Source: Nitrospiraceae bacterium (lineage in GTDB: Bacteria > Nitrospirota > Nitrospiria > Nitrospirales > UBA2166). From it: a stretch of 64,000 bases of DNA. The DNA lies in assembly GCA_002726235.1 (NCBI GenBank), contig PBSN01000008.1:164643-228642 (forward strand), read 5' to 3'. The notes beneath the pieces are model-generated. The model worked only from the letters and a program-made list of their open reading frames with translations. It was not told the origin of the DNA and did no database searches. The translations under genes were made by a program, and so were the position numbers. Every line of letters starts with the position of its first letter. Position 1 is the stretch's first letter. Positions 48,574 through 59,504 of the stretch are shown piece after piece.

Positions 48574-49632
48574 ATGAATCTCTTTGGATGGCGTGCAGAC
48601 ATGAATATTCTGGGATTGGTGTCAAATGATCTCGCTATTGATCTTGGCACGGCGACGACCCTTGTGTATGTCAGCGGAGCAGGGATTGTCATCAATGAAC
48701 CTTCAGTGGTGGCTGTCGAAGAGAAGAGTAAAAAGGTGGTGGCAGTTGGACTTGAAGCCAAGAGAATGCTTGGGAGAACACCCGGCTCGATTGAAGCCAT
48801 TCGTCCGATGAAAGACGGGGTAATCAGCGATTTTGAAATCGCTGAATTGATGTTACGCCATTTTATTTGCAAGGCCAGCGGGCGTAAGATCTTTGTGCAT
48901 CCGAGGGTTGTGATTGGGGTGCCGTCTCGAATCACGAAAGTTGAACAACGTGCTGTTATGGAGTCCGCTGAGTCCGCCGGTGCTCGAAATGTGTACTTGA
49001 TTCCGGAGCCAGTTGCCGCGGCGATCGGGGTTGGGCTTCCCATCACAGAACCGTGTGGAAATATGGTGGTTGACATTGGAGGGGGGACCACAGATATCGC
49101 GGTGATTTCGCTTGGAGGTATTGTTACTAGTGAATCCGTAAAGGTTGCAGGTCATCGTATGGACGAAGTGATTGTAAATCATATGCGACGAAAACACGGT
49201 CTTCTGATTGGTGATCACATGGCTGAGAAAGTGAAACACGAAGTAGGTTCGGCATATCCGTTAGGCGAGAAGAAAACCATGAAGGTGAGGGGGAGGGATC
49301 TTGTATCCGGAATTCCTCAGACGGTGGCCATTGATGACACTGAAATTTATGAGGCGCTATCAGAGCCGATTGGCGTGATCGTTGACACCATTAAGCAGTC
49401 TTTAGAAAAGACGCCTCCGGAACTTGCAGGCGATATTATTGACCGAGGGGTTGTTTTAGCTGGCGGAGGATCAATGATCTCAGGGCTGGATACGCGACTT
49501 AAGGAGGAGACAGGACTTCCGATCATTACTGTTGCTGACCCTCTCACAGCTGTCGTTGCTGGGGTTGGCAGGGTGCTTGAAGACAATGACCTTCTCAAGC
49601 AGGTTTCGAATCTATCTGCATTTGCGGTGTGA
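48574..49632 (+). CDS. mreB: Rod shape actin
   Basis: AIDLGT, EPSVVA, RPMKDGVI, VDIGGGTTD, GGGS. Confidence 0.97.
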   Translation: MNLFGWRADMNILGLVSNDLAIDLGTATTLVYVSGAGIVINEPSVVAVEEKSKKVVAVGLEAKRMLGRTPGSIEAIRPMKDGVISDFEIAELMLRHFICKASGRKIFVHPRVVIGVPSRITKVEQRAVMESAESAGARNVYLIPEPVAAAIGVGLPITEPCGNMVVDIGGGTTDIAVISLGGIVTSESVKVAGHRMDEVIVNHMRRKHGLLIGDHMAEKVKHEVGSAYPLGEKKTMKVRGRDLVSGIPQTVAIDDTEIYEALSEPIGVIVDTIKQSLEKTPPELAGDIIDRGVVLAGGGSMISGLDTRLKEETGLPIITVADPLTAVVAGVGRVLEDNDLLKQVSNLSAFAV

Positions 49633-49817
49633 CGTTAAGGCGTGACTGCATCTCACAACCTTCACCATCATTAGGAACAGGTTGGACCCCGTTAGAGTGT
49701 TATTTGTGGGGGTGCTGTTGTCAGCGCATCATGCTAATGTTCGATTTACCGTTTTCCAAATTGGGCGCCTGACGCTTTGGCAAGATGATTTTCCTGCAGG
49801 CTAGCTGAGGCTACAGA

Positions 49818-50696
49818 ATGCTCCGTTCCCGGTCGCGTGCAAAAAAAACGTGGAATGTTTTTCTTGTCCTTCTTGTGGCCGGACTCATTTTTTTTCCATT
49901 CTCAGCAGAAGAATCACTCAACGCCGTTGCTGTTCCCCTTGCTGAGGTCATCAAGGTTCCTTTGACCGTTGTCTCACTTATCAAGCAAAAGCTGGACGCA
50001 GGGAGGGAAGTTGTGCAGGGGTTAATTAATCTTCATGACCAAAATCAGGCTCTGGCTGACGAACTAATAAGAGTGAAGATTGAAGAGAATAGACTGAAGG
50101 AAATCGCAGCTTCGGTTGACCGCTATCGCGTGCTTTTCGACTTTCAGCAGCAGTGCCCGTATTCCACTATTGTGGCGCAAGTGATTGGACGAGCCCCAAC
50201 TAATTGGCACCGGAGTGTTGTCATTGCAAAAGGTAAACGAGATGGCGTCATTGCCGGCATGGGGGTGATCACACCTTCAGGGGTGGTTGGACGAGTGTTG
50301 AAGGTTAATCGTACGTTCTCCGTCATCCAGTTGATTCTTGACCGGAACAATGCAATTACCGCGGTCGTTCAGCGCACACGTGACGAGGGTATCATACAAG
50401 GAACTGACACTGGCCAAGTGGTCATGAAATATCTTCCTCCGCTATCATCGGTGGAAACGGGGGATGTTGTTGTCACATCAGGTCTCGATAATAGATTCCC
50501 AAAAGGTATGATAATTGGGATTATCAATCAGGTCGAGAAGAAGACAGTCACACCGTTCAAGTCTGCTACTCTCACTCCTCATGCAGATTTCTCAAAGCTT
50601 GAGGAGGTGGTCGTCTTGTTAGAAACAACCTCATCCGATGAACGTGACGGAGAGTGTTTTATGCAGTACAAGGACGAACGCGAAAGAGGCACGTGA
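49818..50696 (+). CDS. mreC: Rod shape protein C
   Basis: TM plus coiled coil, AQVIGR, GVVGRV, GDVVVTSGLD..FPKG. Confidence 0.94.
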   Translation: MLRSRSRAKKTWNVFLVLLVAGLIFFPFSAEESLNAVAVPLAEVIKVPLTVVSLIKQKLDAGREVVQGLINLHDQNQALADELIRVKIEENRLKEIAASVDRYRVLFDFQQQCPYSTIVAQVIGRAPTNWHRSVVIAKGKRDGVIAGMGVITPSGVVGRVLKVNRTFSVIQLILDRNNAITAVVQRTRDEGIIQGTDTGQVVMKYLPPLSSVETGDVVVTSGLDNRFPKGMIIGIINQVEKKTVTPFKSATLTPHADFSKLEEVVVLLETTSSDERDGECFMQYKDERERGT

Positions 50697-50706
50697 GGCA
50701 TAGAGA

Positions 50707-51207
50707 ATGAAGTTCCTTGTGTATGGGGGAGTGGCTCTATTGATCATCCCTCTCCAGGTTGTTGTTATTCACCAGTTTGCCATCATGGGCATTATTCCTG
50801 ATGCCATTCTCCTGATGGTATGTTTAGTCGGATTGTGGCGAGGGAAATTAGAAGCCGTTGTGTTTGGTCTTGTCCTCGGGTTTTTGCAGGATCTCTTATC
50901 CGGGACCTTGGTGTGGGTAAATCTTGTGACTAAGCCACTCGTTGGATTGGCGGGAGGAGTTTTGGGGCGTACAGCAATATCTCTGACGAGTTGGATGATT
51001 CCAATTCTTATCACGGGAATTTCGCTTGTATCTGGCTTACTTGTGTTCCTGCTTTTGCAAACAACCTCTTCTGAGATGGATGGGGCGCAAGTTTTTCTTG
51101 GAACTATTCTGCCTCAAGCGTTGTATGATGGAGCGTTTGGGGCAATTGTTCTCCTAACTGCCTTTCGCTTCTTCCCCACCTTGCATCGTAGCGTATGGAA
51201 TCCGTAG
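50707..51207 (+). CDS. mreD: Rod shape protein D
   Basis: Hydrophobic, PD motif, GLVLGFLQDLLSG; synteny. Confidence 0.88.
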   Translation: MKFLVYGGVALLIIPLQVVVIHQFAIMGIIPDAILLMVCLVGLWRGKLEAVVFGLVLGFLQDLLSGTLVWVNLVTKPLVGLAGGVLGRTAISLTSWMIPILITGISLVSGLLVFLLLQTTSSEMDGAQVFLGTILPQALYDGAFGAIVLLTAFRFFPTLHRSVWNP

Positions 51208-53018
51208 TGAAGCAGAGTGAGAATCTCCGTCGAATCCAACGGCGGCTTATTTTTCTTCGATTGGGTGTTGTCGTAGTGCTTGCGATTTTGTTGATTCGTA
51301 TGTGGTATATCCAAATCGTCAAAGGTGAAGAGTATGCCATCTTGTCAGAGCAAAACCGTGTTCGCATGGTTTATCTCAAACCACCCAGAGGGCTGATTTA
51401 TGATCGCCATCATAATCTTCTCGCCAACAACATTCCGAGTTTTAATCTCTATGTTGTGTTAGACGATGTTGATGATAGACAGCGCCTCCAAGAGGATCTT
51501 TCAGCCCTGATTAGGGTGAGCGCGGATGACATTCGTGTGGCGATGGCAAAGCATAATACTCCTCGGTTGCCGCTCAAAGTAAAAGAGAATCTCACGCTCA
51601 AGGAGGCAGCAGCTATTGAGTCTAACCTCCCACAGCTTCCGGGGGTGGTACTTCAAGCAGAAACCGAGCGGTCGTATCCGCAGGGTAGTGCGGCCGCTCA
51701 CATTATTGGGTACGTTGGGGAAATATCGGCGCAAGGTCTGAAAGAAGAACAGTTTCAGGGTCTTAATCTCGGCAGTGCCGTGGGCAAGTACGGTGTTGAA
51801 TTAGAATATGATCAAATTCTTCGCGGGCGTGTGGGACATAAAACAATTGAGGTGGATGCACGCGGTCATGAACAGAGAGTTATTCAAATCAAAGAGCCTG
51901 TTCCAGGCGATGATCTGCATCTGACGATCGACTTACCTCTTCAACGCCTTGCTGAGGGCTTATTGGAAGATGCGGCGGGGGCTATTGTTGCCCTCGACCC
52001 GCGCAATGGTGATGTTTTGGTTCTTGCTAGTCACCCAACATTCGATCCCAACGTCCTTACACGTGGATTGACCGTGTCACATTGGAATCAAATTAGGCAT
52101 GATCTGAGGAAACCGATGACGAATCGGGCAACCCAAGGCCAATATCCTCCAGGGTCGGTGTTCAAGTTAGTCGTGGCGGCAGGTGGGCTTGAGTCAGGCA
52201 GCATTTCAAGATCTACGCCGATTGAATGTCGTGGGAGGTTTCAAATGGGAAGTCGCGTGTTTAAGGATTGGAGAAAAGAGGGACATGGCCTCGTCAATCT
52301 GCATGAGGGACTAGTGCATTCCTGTGACATCTATTTTTACACCCTCGGTCGCCAATTGGGGATTGATAAGCTCGCACACTATGCGGCGCAGTTTGGGTTG
52401 GGACGTCGGACAGGGATTGATCTACCTGCGGAAAGTCCTGGCATCGTGCCTTCCAGCAAATGGAAGGCACGCGTGCTTGGTGAACGCTGGTATCCCGGAG
52501 AAACAATTTTGGTTGCGATTGGCCAAAGCTATGTCACCGTAACTCCTTTGCAGATGGCTACTCTCATTGGAACTATCGCTAACAATGGGTTGCAATATCG
52601 ACCACGTGTTGTTAGGAAATTTGAAAAACGTCAAGATGATACGCTTGTCGATATTGAGCCGTTTCTATTGGATACGGTGCCTATCCATCACGAGACGCTA
52701 ACCGCACTACATGAGGCACTTCGAGATGTTGTCGTTAGTGGCACTGGAAGACGTGCTCAATCACGGGATATCGCTATTTCTGGAAAAACAGGAACAGCGC
52801 AGGTGGTGAGTTTGGATAAAGTTGAGTCCGAGGACAATGTTCCGCATGGGTTGCGTGACCATGCTTGGTTTGTTGCCTATGCCCCTTCAGACGATCCGGA
52901 AATAGCAGTTTCTGTTATTCTTGAGCACATGGGACATGGGGGTACTGTTGCCGCGCCGATTGCGCGGGCGATCATTGATGAATATCTACAGCCTGATCGT
53001 GTCCTCATGGTTCCATAG
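51195..53018 (+). CDS. mrdA: Penicillin-binding protein 2
   Basis: RGLIYDR, PGSVFK (SxxK), SCD, KTGTAQ, DHAWF. Confidence 0.96.
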   Translation: MESVVKQSENLRRIQRRLIFLRLGVVVVLAILLIRMWYIQIVKGEEYAILSEQNRVRMVYLKPPRGLIYDRHHNLLANNIPSFNLYVVLDDVDDRQRLQEDLSALIRVSADDIRVAMAKHNTPRLPLKVKENLTLKEAAAIESNLPQLPGVVLQAETERSYPQGSAAAHIIGYVGEISAQGLKEEQFQGLNLGSAVGKYGVELEYDQILRGRVGHKTIEVDARGHEQRVIQIKEPVPGDDLHLTIDLPLQRLAEGLLEDAAGAIVALDPRNGDVLVLASHPTFDPNVLTRGLTVSHWNQIRHDLRKPMTNRATQGQYPPGSVFKLVVAAGGLESGSISRSTPIECRGRFQMGSRVFKDWRKEGHGLVNLHEGLVHSCDIYFYTLGRQLGIDKLAHYAAQFGLGRRTGIDLPAESPGIVPSSKWKARVLGERWYPGETILVAIGQSYVTVTPLQMATLIGTIANNGLQYRPRVVRKFEKRQDDTLVDIEPFLLDTVPIHHETLTALHEALRDVVVSGTGRRAQSRDIAISGKTGTAQVVSLDKVESEDNVPHGLRDHAWFVAYAPSDDPEIAVSVILEHMGHGGTVAAPIARAIIDEYLQPDRVLMVP

Positions 53019-53034
53019 TGGGAGGTTTCACAGC

Positions 53035-54162
53035 ATGAATGGTGAGGGTGAAAAATTCAGTTTGGGGGGTGTGCATGAATGGCAGTTTGGTCTTCCAGTC
53101 CTCATTTTGACTATTTCAAGCTTAGGGATTTTATCCATTTATAGTGCTTCACAGAATGTGGCACACAACTTCGAGTGGGCGCCGTTGTATCTGAAGCAGA
53201 TTACGTGGGTTGTGATTGGAGGGGTAGCGTTTCTGGTTATGTCCGCGTACGACTATCATCGACTTTCGCGATACGCCTATGTGTTGTACGTCCTCAGCCT
53301 CCTTCTTCTCGTTTTGGTCTCATTTGCGGGCCGAAGTACTCGAGGTGCTCAGCGCTGGTTAGAGATTGGCTCCTTTTCGTTCCAACCGTCGGAGGTTGCC
53401 AAAGTAATGTTGGTGGTGATGTTGGCTCGTTATTTTTCCACTTGGCCCTCTACGGGAGTGTTGCATAGAATTATTATTCCAGTGATTTTGATGTTTCCTG
53501 GGTTTTTGCTCATCCTGCTTCAGCCAGATTTAGGGACTGCAATCACATATCTCTTCGTGTTTCTTACGATCATTCTGTTCGTTGGTCCGTGGACTCGTAG
53601 TCTGATCTTTGGATTTTTTGGCATCCTAATGGTTCTGCCATTTTTGTGGAAGGGATTATGGATGCCTTTGCGGGCCTACCAAAAGGAAAGAATTCTCGCT
53701 TTTTTGGATCCAACGTTGGATCCAATGGGACAAGGATACCAAGCACTACAATCAAAGATTGCGATTGGATCTGGTCAGCTTTCAGGGCAAGGGCTTTATG
53801 GTGCTACCCAGAGTCAACTGCAGTTTCTTCCAGATGGGTATACGGATTTTGCGTTTGCAGTATTTGCAGAGCAGTGGGGGTTTCTTGGCGTTGTTATCTT
53901 GTTGTTCCTATACTATCTCCTGTTCATGATGATGATTGGAATTGGAGAACGTGCCAAGGATCTATTCGGTGTCATTTTGGTGATTGGAATTACCGCGATG
54001 CTTAGTTTTTGCCTGATGGTTAATATTGGCATGACGGTGGGGCTGCTTCCCATTGTTGGGATTCCACTACCGTTGATGAGCTATGGGGGAACGACATTGG
54101 TTATGACCTTTGCTGTGCTTGGGCTATTGCTGAATATTAAACGCCGGCGCTTTTCCAGTTAA
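53035..54162 (+). CDS. rodA: SEDS peptidoglycan polymerase
   Basis: GAQRW, FQPSE, QPDLGT, QSKIAIGSG, GIPLPLMSYGG; SD GGGAGG before ATG 53035. Confidence 0.95.
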   Translation: MNGEGEKFSLGGVHEWQFGLPVLILTISSLGILSIYSASQNVAHNFEWAPLYLKQITWVVIGGVAFLVMSAYDYHRLSRYAYVLYVLSLLLLVLVSFAGRSTRGAQRWLEIGSFSFQPSEVAKVMLVVMLARYFSTWPSTGVLHRIIIPVILMFPGFLLILLQPDLGTAITYLFVFLTIILFVGPWTRSLIFGFFGILMVLPFLWKGLWMPLRAYQKERILAFLDPTLDPMGQGYQALQSKIAIGSGQLSGQGLYGATQSQLQFLPDGYTDFAFAVFAEQWGFLGVVILLFLYYLLFMMMIGIGERAKDLFGVILVIGITAMLSFCLMVNIGMTVGLLPIVGIPLPLMSYGGTTLVMTFAVLGLLLNIKRRRFSS

Positions 54163-54282
54163 ATTGCTACGGGTTTTATCTCTCCTGCCTGTGGAGTGGA
54201 TTTTTATTGAGCCGTTCGTGTGAGTATCGATATGACGTGGTATAGCGGTATGGAATCTAGATTATTCTGAAAGGAGAATACG

Positions 54283-55872
54283 ATGAGTGTGCGAAGCACT
54301 CATCGTGGTCGTATGGCAATTGAGATCTTAATCAATGTGATGTCTGAAGAAACGCGAGTTGCGTTGCTTGAAAATAAAGTTGTGACTGAAGTGTATATTG
54401 ATCGCAAAAAACGGCGTGACTTGGTTGGAAATATTTATCTTGGAAAGGTTGTCAAGACGTTGCCGGGTATGCAAGCAGCCTTTATCGATATTGGGCTTGA
54501 TCGTGCGGCCTTTCTTCACGCATCCGACATTCTTCCACCTAACAATACTGAGACCACCATGGAGATAGGAGGGGATATCGAGCCCGATCATGATTCTGCC
54601 CATGGTGAGGAAGATGTGGGCGAGGGGGGGGAAGAATCAGAAAAGGCATCTCGACTCCGTCAACGAAGTCATATGCCTATTGAGGAGTTGTTGCATCAGG
54701 GACAAGAGATTACGGTGCAAGTATCCAAAGGCCCGCTGGGGACAAAAGGTCCGCGTGTCACATCATATATTTCGCTTCCCGGGCGGCATCTGGTTTTGAT
54801 GCCTGGGGTCAATCACATCGGAATTTCGCGCCGAATCGAAGGAGAAGAAGAACGGAGCCGATTAAAAAACATCATGACATGCCGGCGAGAACCGAGTGTA
54901 GGATACATTGTTCGGACTGTGAGTGAGGGCACTAGTGAGGATGATCTGATAGCGGATATGCAGTTTTTACGTCTTTTGTGGAAGGATATTCTTCGCCGAA
55001 CGACGCGAGCCACACCGCCATGTCTGCTTCATACTGATCTTGATCTTTCATTTCGTATCGTGCGAGATCTGTTCAGTAAGGCAGTGAACCGATTGCTTGT
55101 TGACTCGAAGAAGGAATATTCTGCAATTAAAGAATTTGCACGACGCTATCTTCCTGATCTGGCAACTCGGATACAGTTCTATGAGAAAAGCAACATGATC
55201 TTTGATCACTTTGGTGTCGAAGCAGAAATTTCTAAGGCGCTTGGGCGCAAGGTGTGGCTCAAATCTGGTGGAACAATCATCATTGATCATTCCGAGGCAT
55301 TGACGGTCATCGATGTTAATACCGGACGGTTTGTTGGGAAGCGGGATATTGAAGAGACCATCTTTAAAACGAATATGGAGGCGGCGAAAGAGGTGGCTTC
55401 TCAGCTTCGATTCCGCAATATTGGCGGCATTATCGTGATCGACTTTATTGACATGGAGCGTGAGAAGAACCGTGAAAAGGTCTATCAGACATTAGTTGAT
55501 GCTCTTGCTCGTGATCGCGCGAGAGTGAGAGTATTGCGCATCTCCGAACTTGGTGTGATCGAAATGTCTCGGGAGCGTGTTCGCGAAGGGCTATTGCGGA
55601 CGATGTGTGAGCCGTGCGTATCGTGTGAAGGCAAGGGGGTGTTGAAGTCGCGTACGACAATCTGTTATGAAATCTTTCGCGAAATTCGACGACTTGGACT
55701 TGGGCCGAAAGAGAAATGTGTGATCATTGGTGCGCATGATTCGATCGTAGAGATGTTGTCAGATGAAGAGCGTCAGGGCATCGAAGACATCGAGCGGGAT
55801 CTGCAGAAACAAGTTTTGGTTAAGGCCGATCCGACGTTGCATTGGGAACAGTATGACATTGTAGTGATCTAA
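54283..55872 (+). CDS. rng: Ribonuclease G (Rne/Rng family)
   Basis: GNIYLGKV, PGMQAAF, IDVNTG, IVIDFIDM, CVSC Zn-link. Confidence 0.95.
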   Translation: MSVRSTHRGRMAIEILINVMSEETRVALLENKVVTEVYIDRKKRRDLVGNIYLGKVVKTLPGMQAAFIDIGLDRAAFLHASDILPPNNTETTMEIGGDIEPDHDSAHGEEDVGEGGEESEKASRLRQRSHMPIEELLHQGQEITVQVSKGPLGTKGPRVTSYISLPGRHLVLMPGVNHIGISRRIEGEEERSRLKNIMTCRREPSVGYIVRTVSEGTSEDDLIADMQFLRLLWKDILRRTTRATPPCLLHTDLDLSFRIVRDLFSKAVNRLLVDSKKEYSAIKEFARRYLPDLATRIQFYEKSNMIFDHFGVEAEISKALGRKVWLKSGGTIIIDHSEALTVIDVNTGRFVGKRDIEETIFKTNMEAAKEVASQLRFRNIGGIIVIDFIDMEREKNREKVYQTLVDALARDRARVRVLRISELGVIEMSRERVREGLLRTMCEPCVSCEGKGVLKSRTTICYEIFREIRRLGLGPKEKCVIIGAHDSIVEMLSDEERQGIEDIERDLQKQVLVKADPTLHWEQYDIVVI

Positions 55873-56092
55873 GTGAATATTGTGATATATCCGTGGGTGG
55901 TGAAAATTCTAGGATGTTCGAGGGGGGAGATGTTGCCTTTCGATATCTCGGTGGAGTCTTTGCATTGATTCAGGGCACTGTGCTACACGTCTTGGCTGTC
56001 GCAGGACGGCTTCTTGAAATGGAATTGAATAGGCCTGTCAAGCAATTCATGGGGCGGTGGTATCAACGTGTTCGATAGCGGCGAAAGTCATT

Positions 56093-58396
56093 ATGGCTAA
56101 ATCTCTTATCATTGTTGAGTCCCCAGCGAAAGCAAAAACGATTGCTAAATACCTTGGTCGATCCTATCAAGTTGTCGCGTCTGTGGGGCATGTCAAGGAT
56201 CTTCCCAAATCCAAAATTGGAGTTGATGTCAACAACGATTTCGAACCCACTTATGTCGTCATTCGAGGAAAAGCTGCTGTGCTTAAGGAGATCAAAGCGA
56301 AGGCAAAGACTGCAGAGAAAGTCTATCTCGCGACCGATCCGGATCGAGAAGGTGAGGCAGTGGCGGGGCATATCGCAGAGGAATTACGTGGTCTCAAAAC
56401 TGGTCAAGTATTTCGTGTTCTCTTCAACGAGATTACAAAATTAAGTATCAAGAAGGCCTTGGAGTCTCCAGGTAACATTGACAAGCAAAAAGTTAATGCG
56501 CAGCAAGCTCGGCGTGTGTTGGATCGCGTCGTTGGCTATCACCTCAGTCCGTTGTTGTGGGAGAAGGTGCGTCGTGGACTAAGTGGAGGACGTGTTCAGT
56601 CAGTGGTCGTTCGTCTTATCTGCGAACGAGAGCGTGAGCGGGAAGCATTTCAGATCAAAGAATATTGGACGATTGCGACTATGCTTAAAGGTGCGCAAGA
56701 GGCTCCGTTTTTTGCAAAGTTGCATTCTGTCAATGGTAAATCGGTCGAGATTGGCAAACCGGGCGAGATTACCACAGGTGAACAAGCGGCTGGTATTGTT
56801 GAAGCGCTCAAGACAAAACAGCTTGTGGTCTCGGACATTGAACAGAAAGAGAGGAAGAATAACCCGCTTCCGCCGTTTATTACGAGCCGTCTTCAGCAGG
56901 ATGCTTCCAGAAGACTTCGTTTTTCACCGAAACAAACGATGATGTTTGCCCAACAACTGTATGCAGGTGTGAACATTGGGGAGGAAGGGCCGGTTGGACT
57001 GATCACATATATGCGGACGGATTCGACGCGAATTGCCGGTGAAGCGACAGCCGAAGTCAGAACATTGATCAGCGAAAAATTTGGACCGGAATATGTTCCG
57101 GGAAAGGCTCCGATCTACAAGACGCAAAAAGCTGCCCAAGAAGCGCATGAAGCCATTCGTCCAACCTCGGTGACGCGGACACCTGAAACCCTGAAAGAGG
57201 TATTGAGTCCAGAACATTATCGGCTGTACGAACTGATTTGGAAGCGGTTTGTCGCCTCGCAGATGATGCCAGCAAGACTTGCCATTACTTGCGTGGATAT
57301 CACGGCGGGGGAGTATCTCTTCCGTGCTACGGGTACGCAAGTGATCTTTGCTGGCCACCGGCAGGTGTATCAGGAGGGGAAAGACAGTGACCCTCAAGGG
57401 ACGATTCACTCAAGGACGGATGATGCCGCAGAGAATATCCTTCCTGCATTGGCTATTGACGATCAGCTTCGTGTCGATGGAGAGGGATTTAGTCCAAAGC
57501 AACATTTTACGCAGCCACCTCCGCGGTATACCGAAGCGACATTGATTCGTGATCTTGAGGATAAGGGGATCGGGCGGCCATCCACCTATGCCTCGGTTGT
57601 ATCGGCGGTCCAAGATCGTGGCTATGTTAAAAAAGAGGAAGGTCGATTATACCCGGAGGAGGTGGGTACGATCGTGAACGATCAGCTTGTGAAGTTCTTT
57701 CCAAGCGTTCTTGATGTGGCGTTTACCGCCACGATGGAAGAAAAGTTAGATCAGATTGAGGAAGGGAATTGCGAATGGGTTGAAACTGTTCGAGAATTCT
57801 ATCAGCCTTTTGCCGCACAGCTGGAAGTGGCGCGAGAGAAGATGCCGAACGTAAAGCGAGAGGAAGTTGCTACGGATATTTCTTGTGAGAAATGCGGAGC
57901 ATTAATGGTAATAAAATGGGGAAGATTTGGACGATTTCTTGCCTGCCCTTCCTATCCGGAGTGCAAAAGTACGAAGGAGTTTAAAGAGAATGCTTCGGGT
58001 GGTATTGCAGTTCTTGAGAAGCCGGAAATTACAACCAATGAGGCTTGTGAGCAATGTGGAAGTGCCATGGTTGTCAAGACAGGTCGCTTCGGACAGTTTA
58101 TGGCATGCACTGCGTATCCAAAATGTAAAACAACCAAGGCCATTGGCATTGGAGTCAAATGCCCTGAATCGGAATGTGGTGGCGACATTGTAAAGAAGCG
58201 AAGCAAAAAGGGTGGTCGTACGTTCTACGGTTGCAACCGCTACCCAAAATGCGGGTTTTTGTCGTGGTTTTTGCCGGTAAACAAACCCTGTCCGTCCTGT
58301 GGAGCGGCGTTTTTAATCGAAAAGGCCCGCAAGCAAGTTGGGCCTCAAGTCGTGTGCCGTGATACAGACTGCGGATATGCAGAGCCTGACACCTAG
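56093..58396 (+). CDS. topA: DNA topoisomerase I
   Basis: IVESPAKAKTI, ATDPDREGE, GRVQS, ITYMRTDS, GIGRPSTYA, four C-terminal zinc ribbons. Confidence 0.98.
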   Translation: MAKSLIIVESPAKAKTIAKYLGRSYQVVASVGHVKDLPKSKIGVDVNNDFEPTYVVIRGKAAVLKEIKAKAKTAEKVYLATDPDREGEAVAGHIAEELRGLKTGQVFRVLFNEITKLSIKKALESPGNIDKQKVNAQQARRVLDRVVGYHLSPLLWEKVRRGLSGGRVQSVVVRLICEREREREAFQIKEYWTIATMLKGAQEAPFFAKLHSVNGKSVEIGKPGEITTGEQAAGIVEALKTKQLVVSDIEQKERKNNPLPPFITSRLQQDASRRLRFSPKQTMMFAQQLYAGVNIGEEGPVGLITYMRTDSTRIAGEATAEVRTLISEKFGPEYVPGKAPIYKTQKAAQEAHEAIRPTSVTRTPETLKEVLSPEHYRLYELIWKRFVASQMMPARLAITCVDITAGEYLFRATGTQVIFAGHRQVYQEGKDSDPQGTIHSRTDDAAENILPALAIDDQLRVDGEGFSPKQHFTQPPPRYTEATLIRDLEDKGIGRPSTYASVVSAVQDRGYVKKEEGRLYPEEVGTIVNDQLVKFFPSVLDVAFTATMEEKLDQIEEGNCEWVETVREFYQPFAAQLEVAREKMPNVKREEVATDISCEKCGALMVIKWGRFGRFLACPSYPECKSTKEFKENASGGIAVLEKPEITTNEACEQCGSAMVVKTGRFGQFMACTAYPKCKTTKAIGIGVKCPESECGGDIVKKRSKKGGRTFYGCNRYPKCGFLSWFLPVNKPCPSCGAAFLIEKARKQVGPQVVCRDTDCGYAEPDT

Positions 58397-58445
58397 TCTG
58401 CTTGATGCTCCTTGCCGTTTGTTTGTTGTTTCTCTTCAAGCCTAC

Positions 58446-58676
58446 ATGAAAGAGGGGTTGGTGTCTCACAGTTTGACAGCGTTTGTAAAGGGAGTTGCCG
58501 TCGCTACCCGTTTGGGTTTGGCATTGGTGGCTACTGTCATTGTTGGTGCGGTTCTTGGGTATGGGATTGATCTGTGGCTTGGATCTGCGCCGTGGGCAAT
58601 GATTGTTGGTGTGTTCTTCGGTGGAATTGGAGGCATGCTGAACGTATATCGCAGAGTAATGCGCACTGGTGTGTGA
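58446..58676 (+). CDS. AtpZ/AtpI-family small membrane protein
   Basis: G.VLGYGIDLWLGSAPWAMIVGVFFG..GG.LNVYR; start 58446 or 58461. Confidence 0.82.
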   Translation: MKEGLVSHSLTAFVKGVAVATRLGLALVATVIVGAVLGYGIDLWLGSAPWAMIVGVFFGGIGGMLNVYRRVMRTGV

Positions 58677-58700
58677 GCTAGAGAGTCCTTCTCAACAAGT

Positions 58701-59504
58701 TTAGTATGCCTTGCCTTGGCGGTACCCCTCAATGTCCATTGTTACATGACGAAAACCAAGTGTTTTGAGTTGTGTCAACACTCGGTTGCGAGTCTCCTCT
58801 TTTAATAGGCGTGGAAAATCATTCACATCTAGTTCGATTCGAGCAGCATCGTGGTACCAACGAACTCTGACGTGGTGGAAGCCCTCATTCAACAGTACTG
58901 CCTCTGCAGCAGCGACATTGTCTAATCGTTCATAGGTGACTGGAATTCCGCGGGGAATTCGTGATGAAAGGCACGGAGATGCCGGCTTGTTCCAATTCGG
59001 AAGGTTGGTGGATTGTGCGAGTATTCGCACATCATTTTTCGTTAATTTTGTCTCCATGAGCGGGCTTCTGACGCTGAAAAATTGTGCCGCAACGATCCCA
59101 GGTCGGTCGTCGTGGAGGTCATCATAGTTTGTCCCATCAACGATGGTCGCAATGCCTAATTGATCGGCAAGTTTCTGGAGTTTTGTGTACAGGTCATTTT
59201 TGCAATGATAGCATCGCTGTCCGTCATTCTTTACGAAGTTCGAATCAAGAAGCTGATCGGTCGTGATGACGTGATGTTGAGCTCCAATGACGTCGGAACA
59301 AATGCGGATAGCGTCTCTGAGTTCGTGTTCCGAGAGAGTGGGGGATAGGGCTGTGGCTGCAATCGCGTGGTTTCCTAAACAATCGTAGGCGGCTTTGAGG
59401 ACAAGAGTGCTGTCGATTCCTCCTGAAAATGCCACGAGCACCGATTGCATTTTTTTAATAACATTTTGAAGTTCCTGGTACTTTACTATTTTGGCATTGT
59501 GCAT
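58701..59504 (-). CDS. larE: LarE-family ATP-dependent sulfur transferase
   Basis: PP-loop AFSGGIDS, RCYHCK, DGTN.DD..D.RPG, KPASPCLSSR. Confidence 0.93.
   Translation of the reverse strand: MHNAKIVKYQELQNVIKKMQSVLVAFSGGIDSTLVLKAAYDCLGNHAIAATALSPTLSEHELRDAIRICSDVIGAQHHVITTDQLLDSNFVKNDGQRCYHCKNDLYTKLQKLADQLGIATIVDGTNYDDLHDDRPGIVAAQFFSVRSPLMETKLTKNDVRILAQSTNLPNWNKPASPCLSSRIPRGIPVTYERLDNVAAAEAVLLNEGFHHVRVRWYHDAARIELDVNDFPRLLKEETRNRVLTQLKTLGFRHVTMDIEGYRQGKAY

Noticed and set aside
53703..53726. TTGGATCCAA repeated palindrome
   Set aside because: It lies inside rodA and encodes LDPTLDP; explained by the protein sequence
55873..56092. 61-aa ORF or dprA remnant between rng and topA
   Set aside because: No recognisable similarity or convincing RBS; probably promoter space
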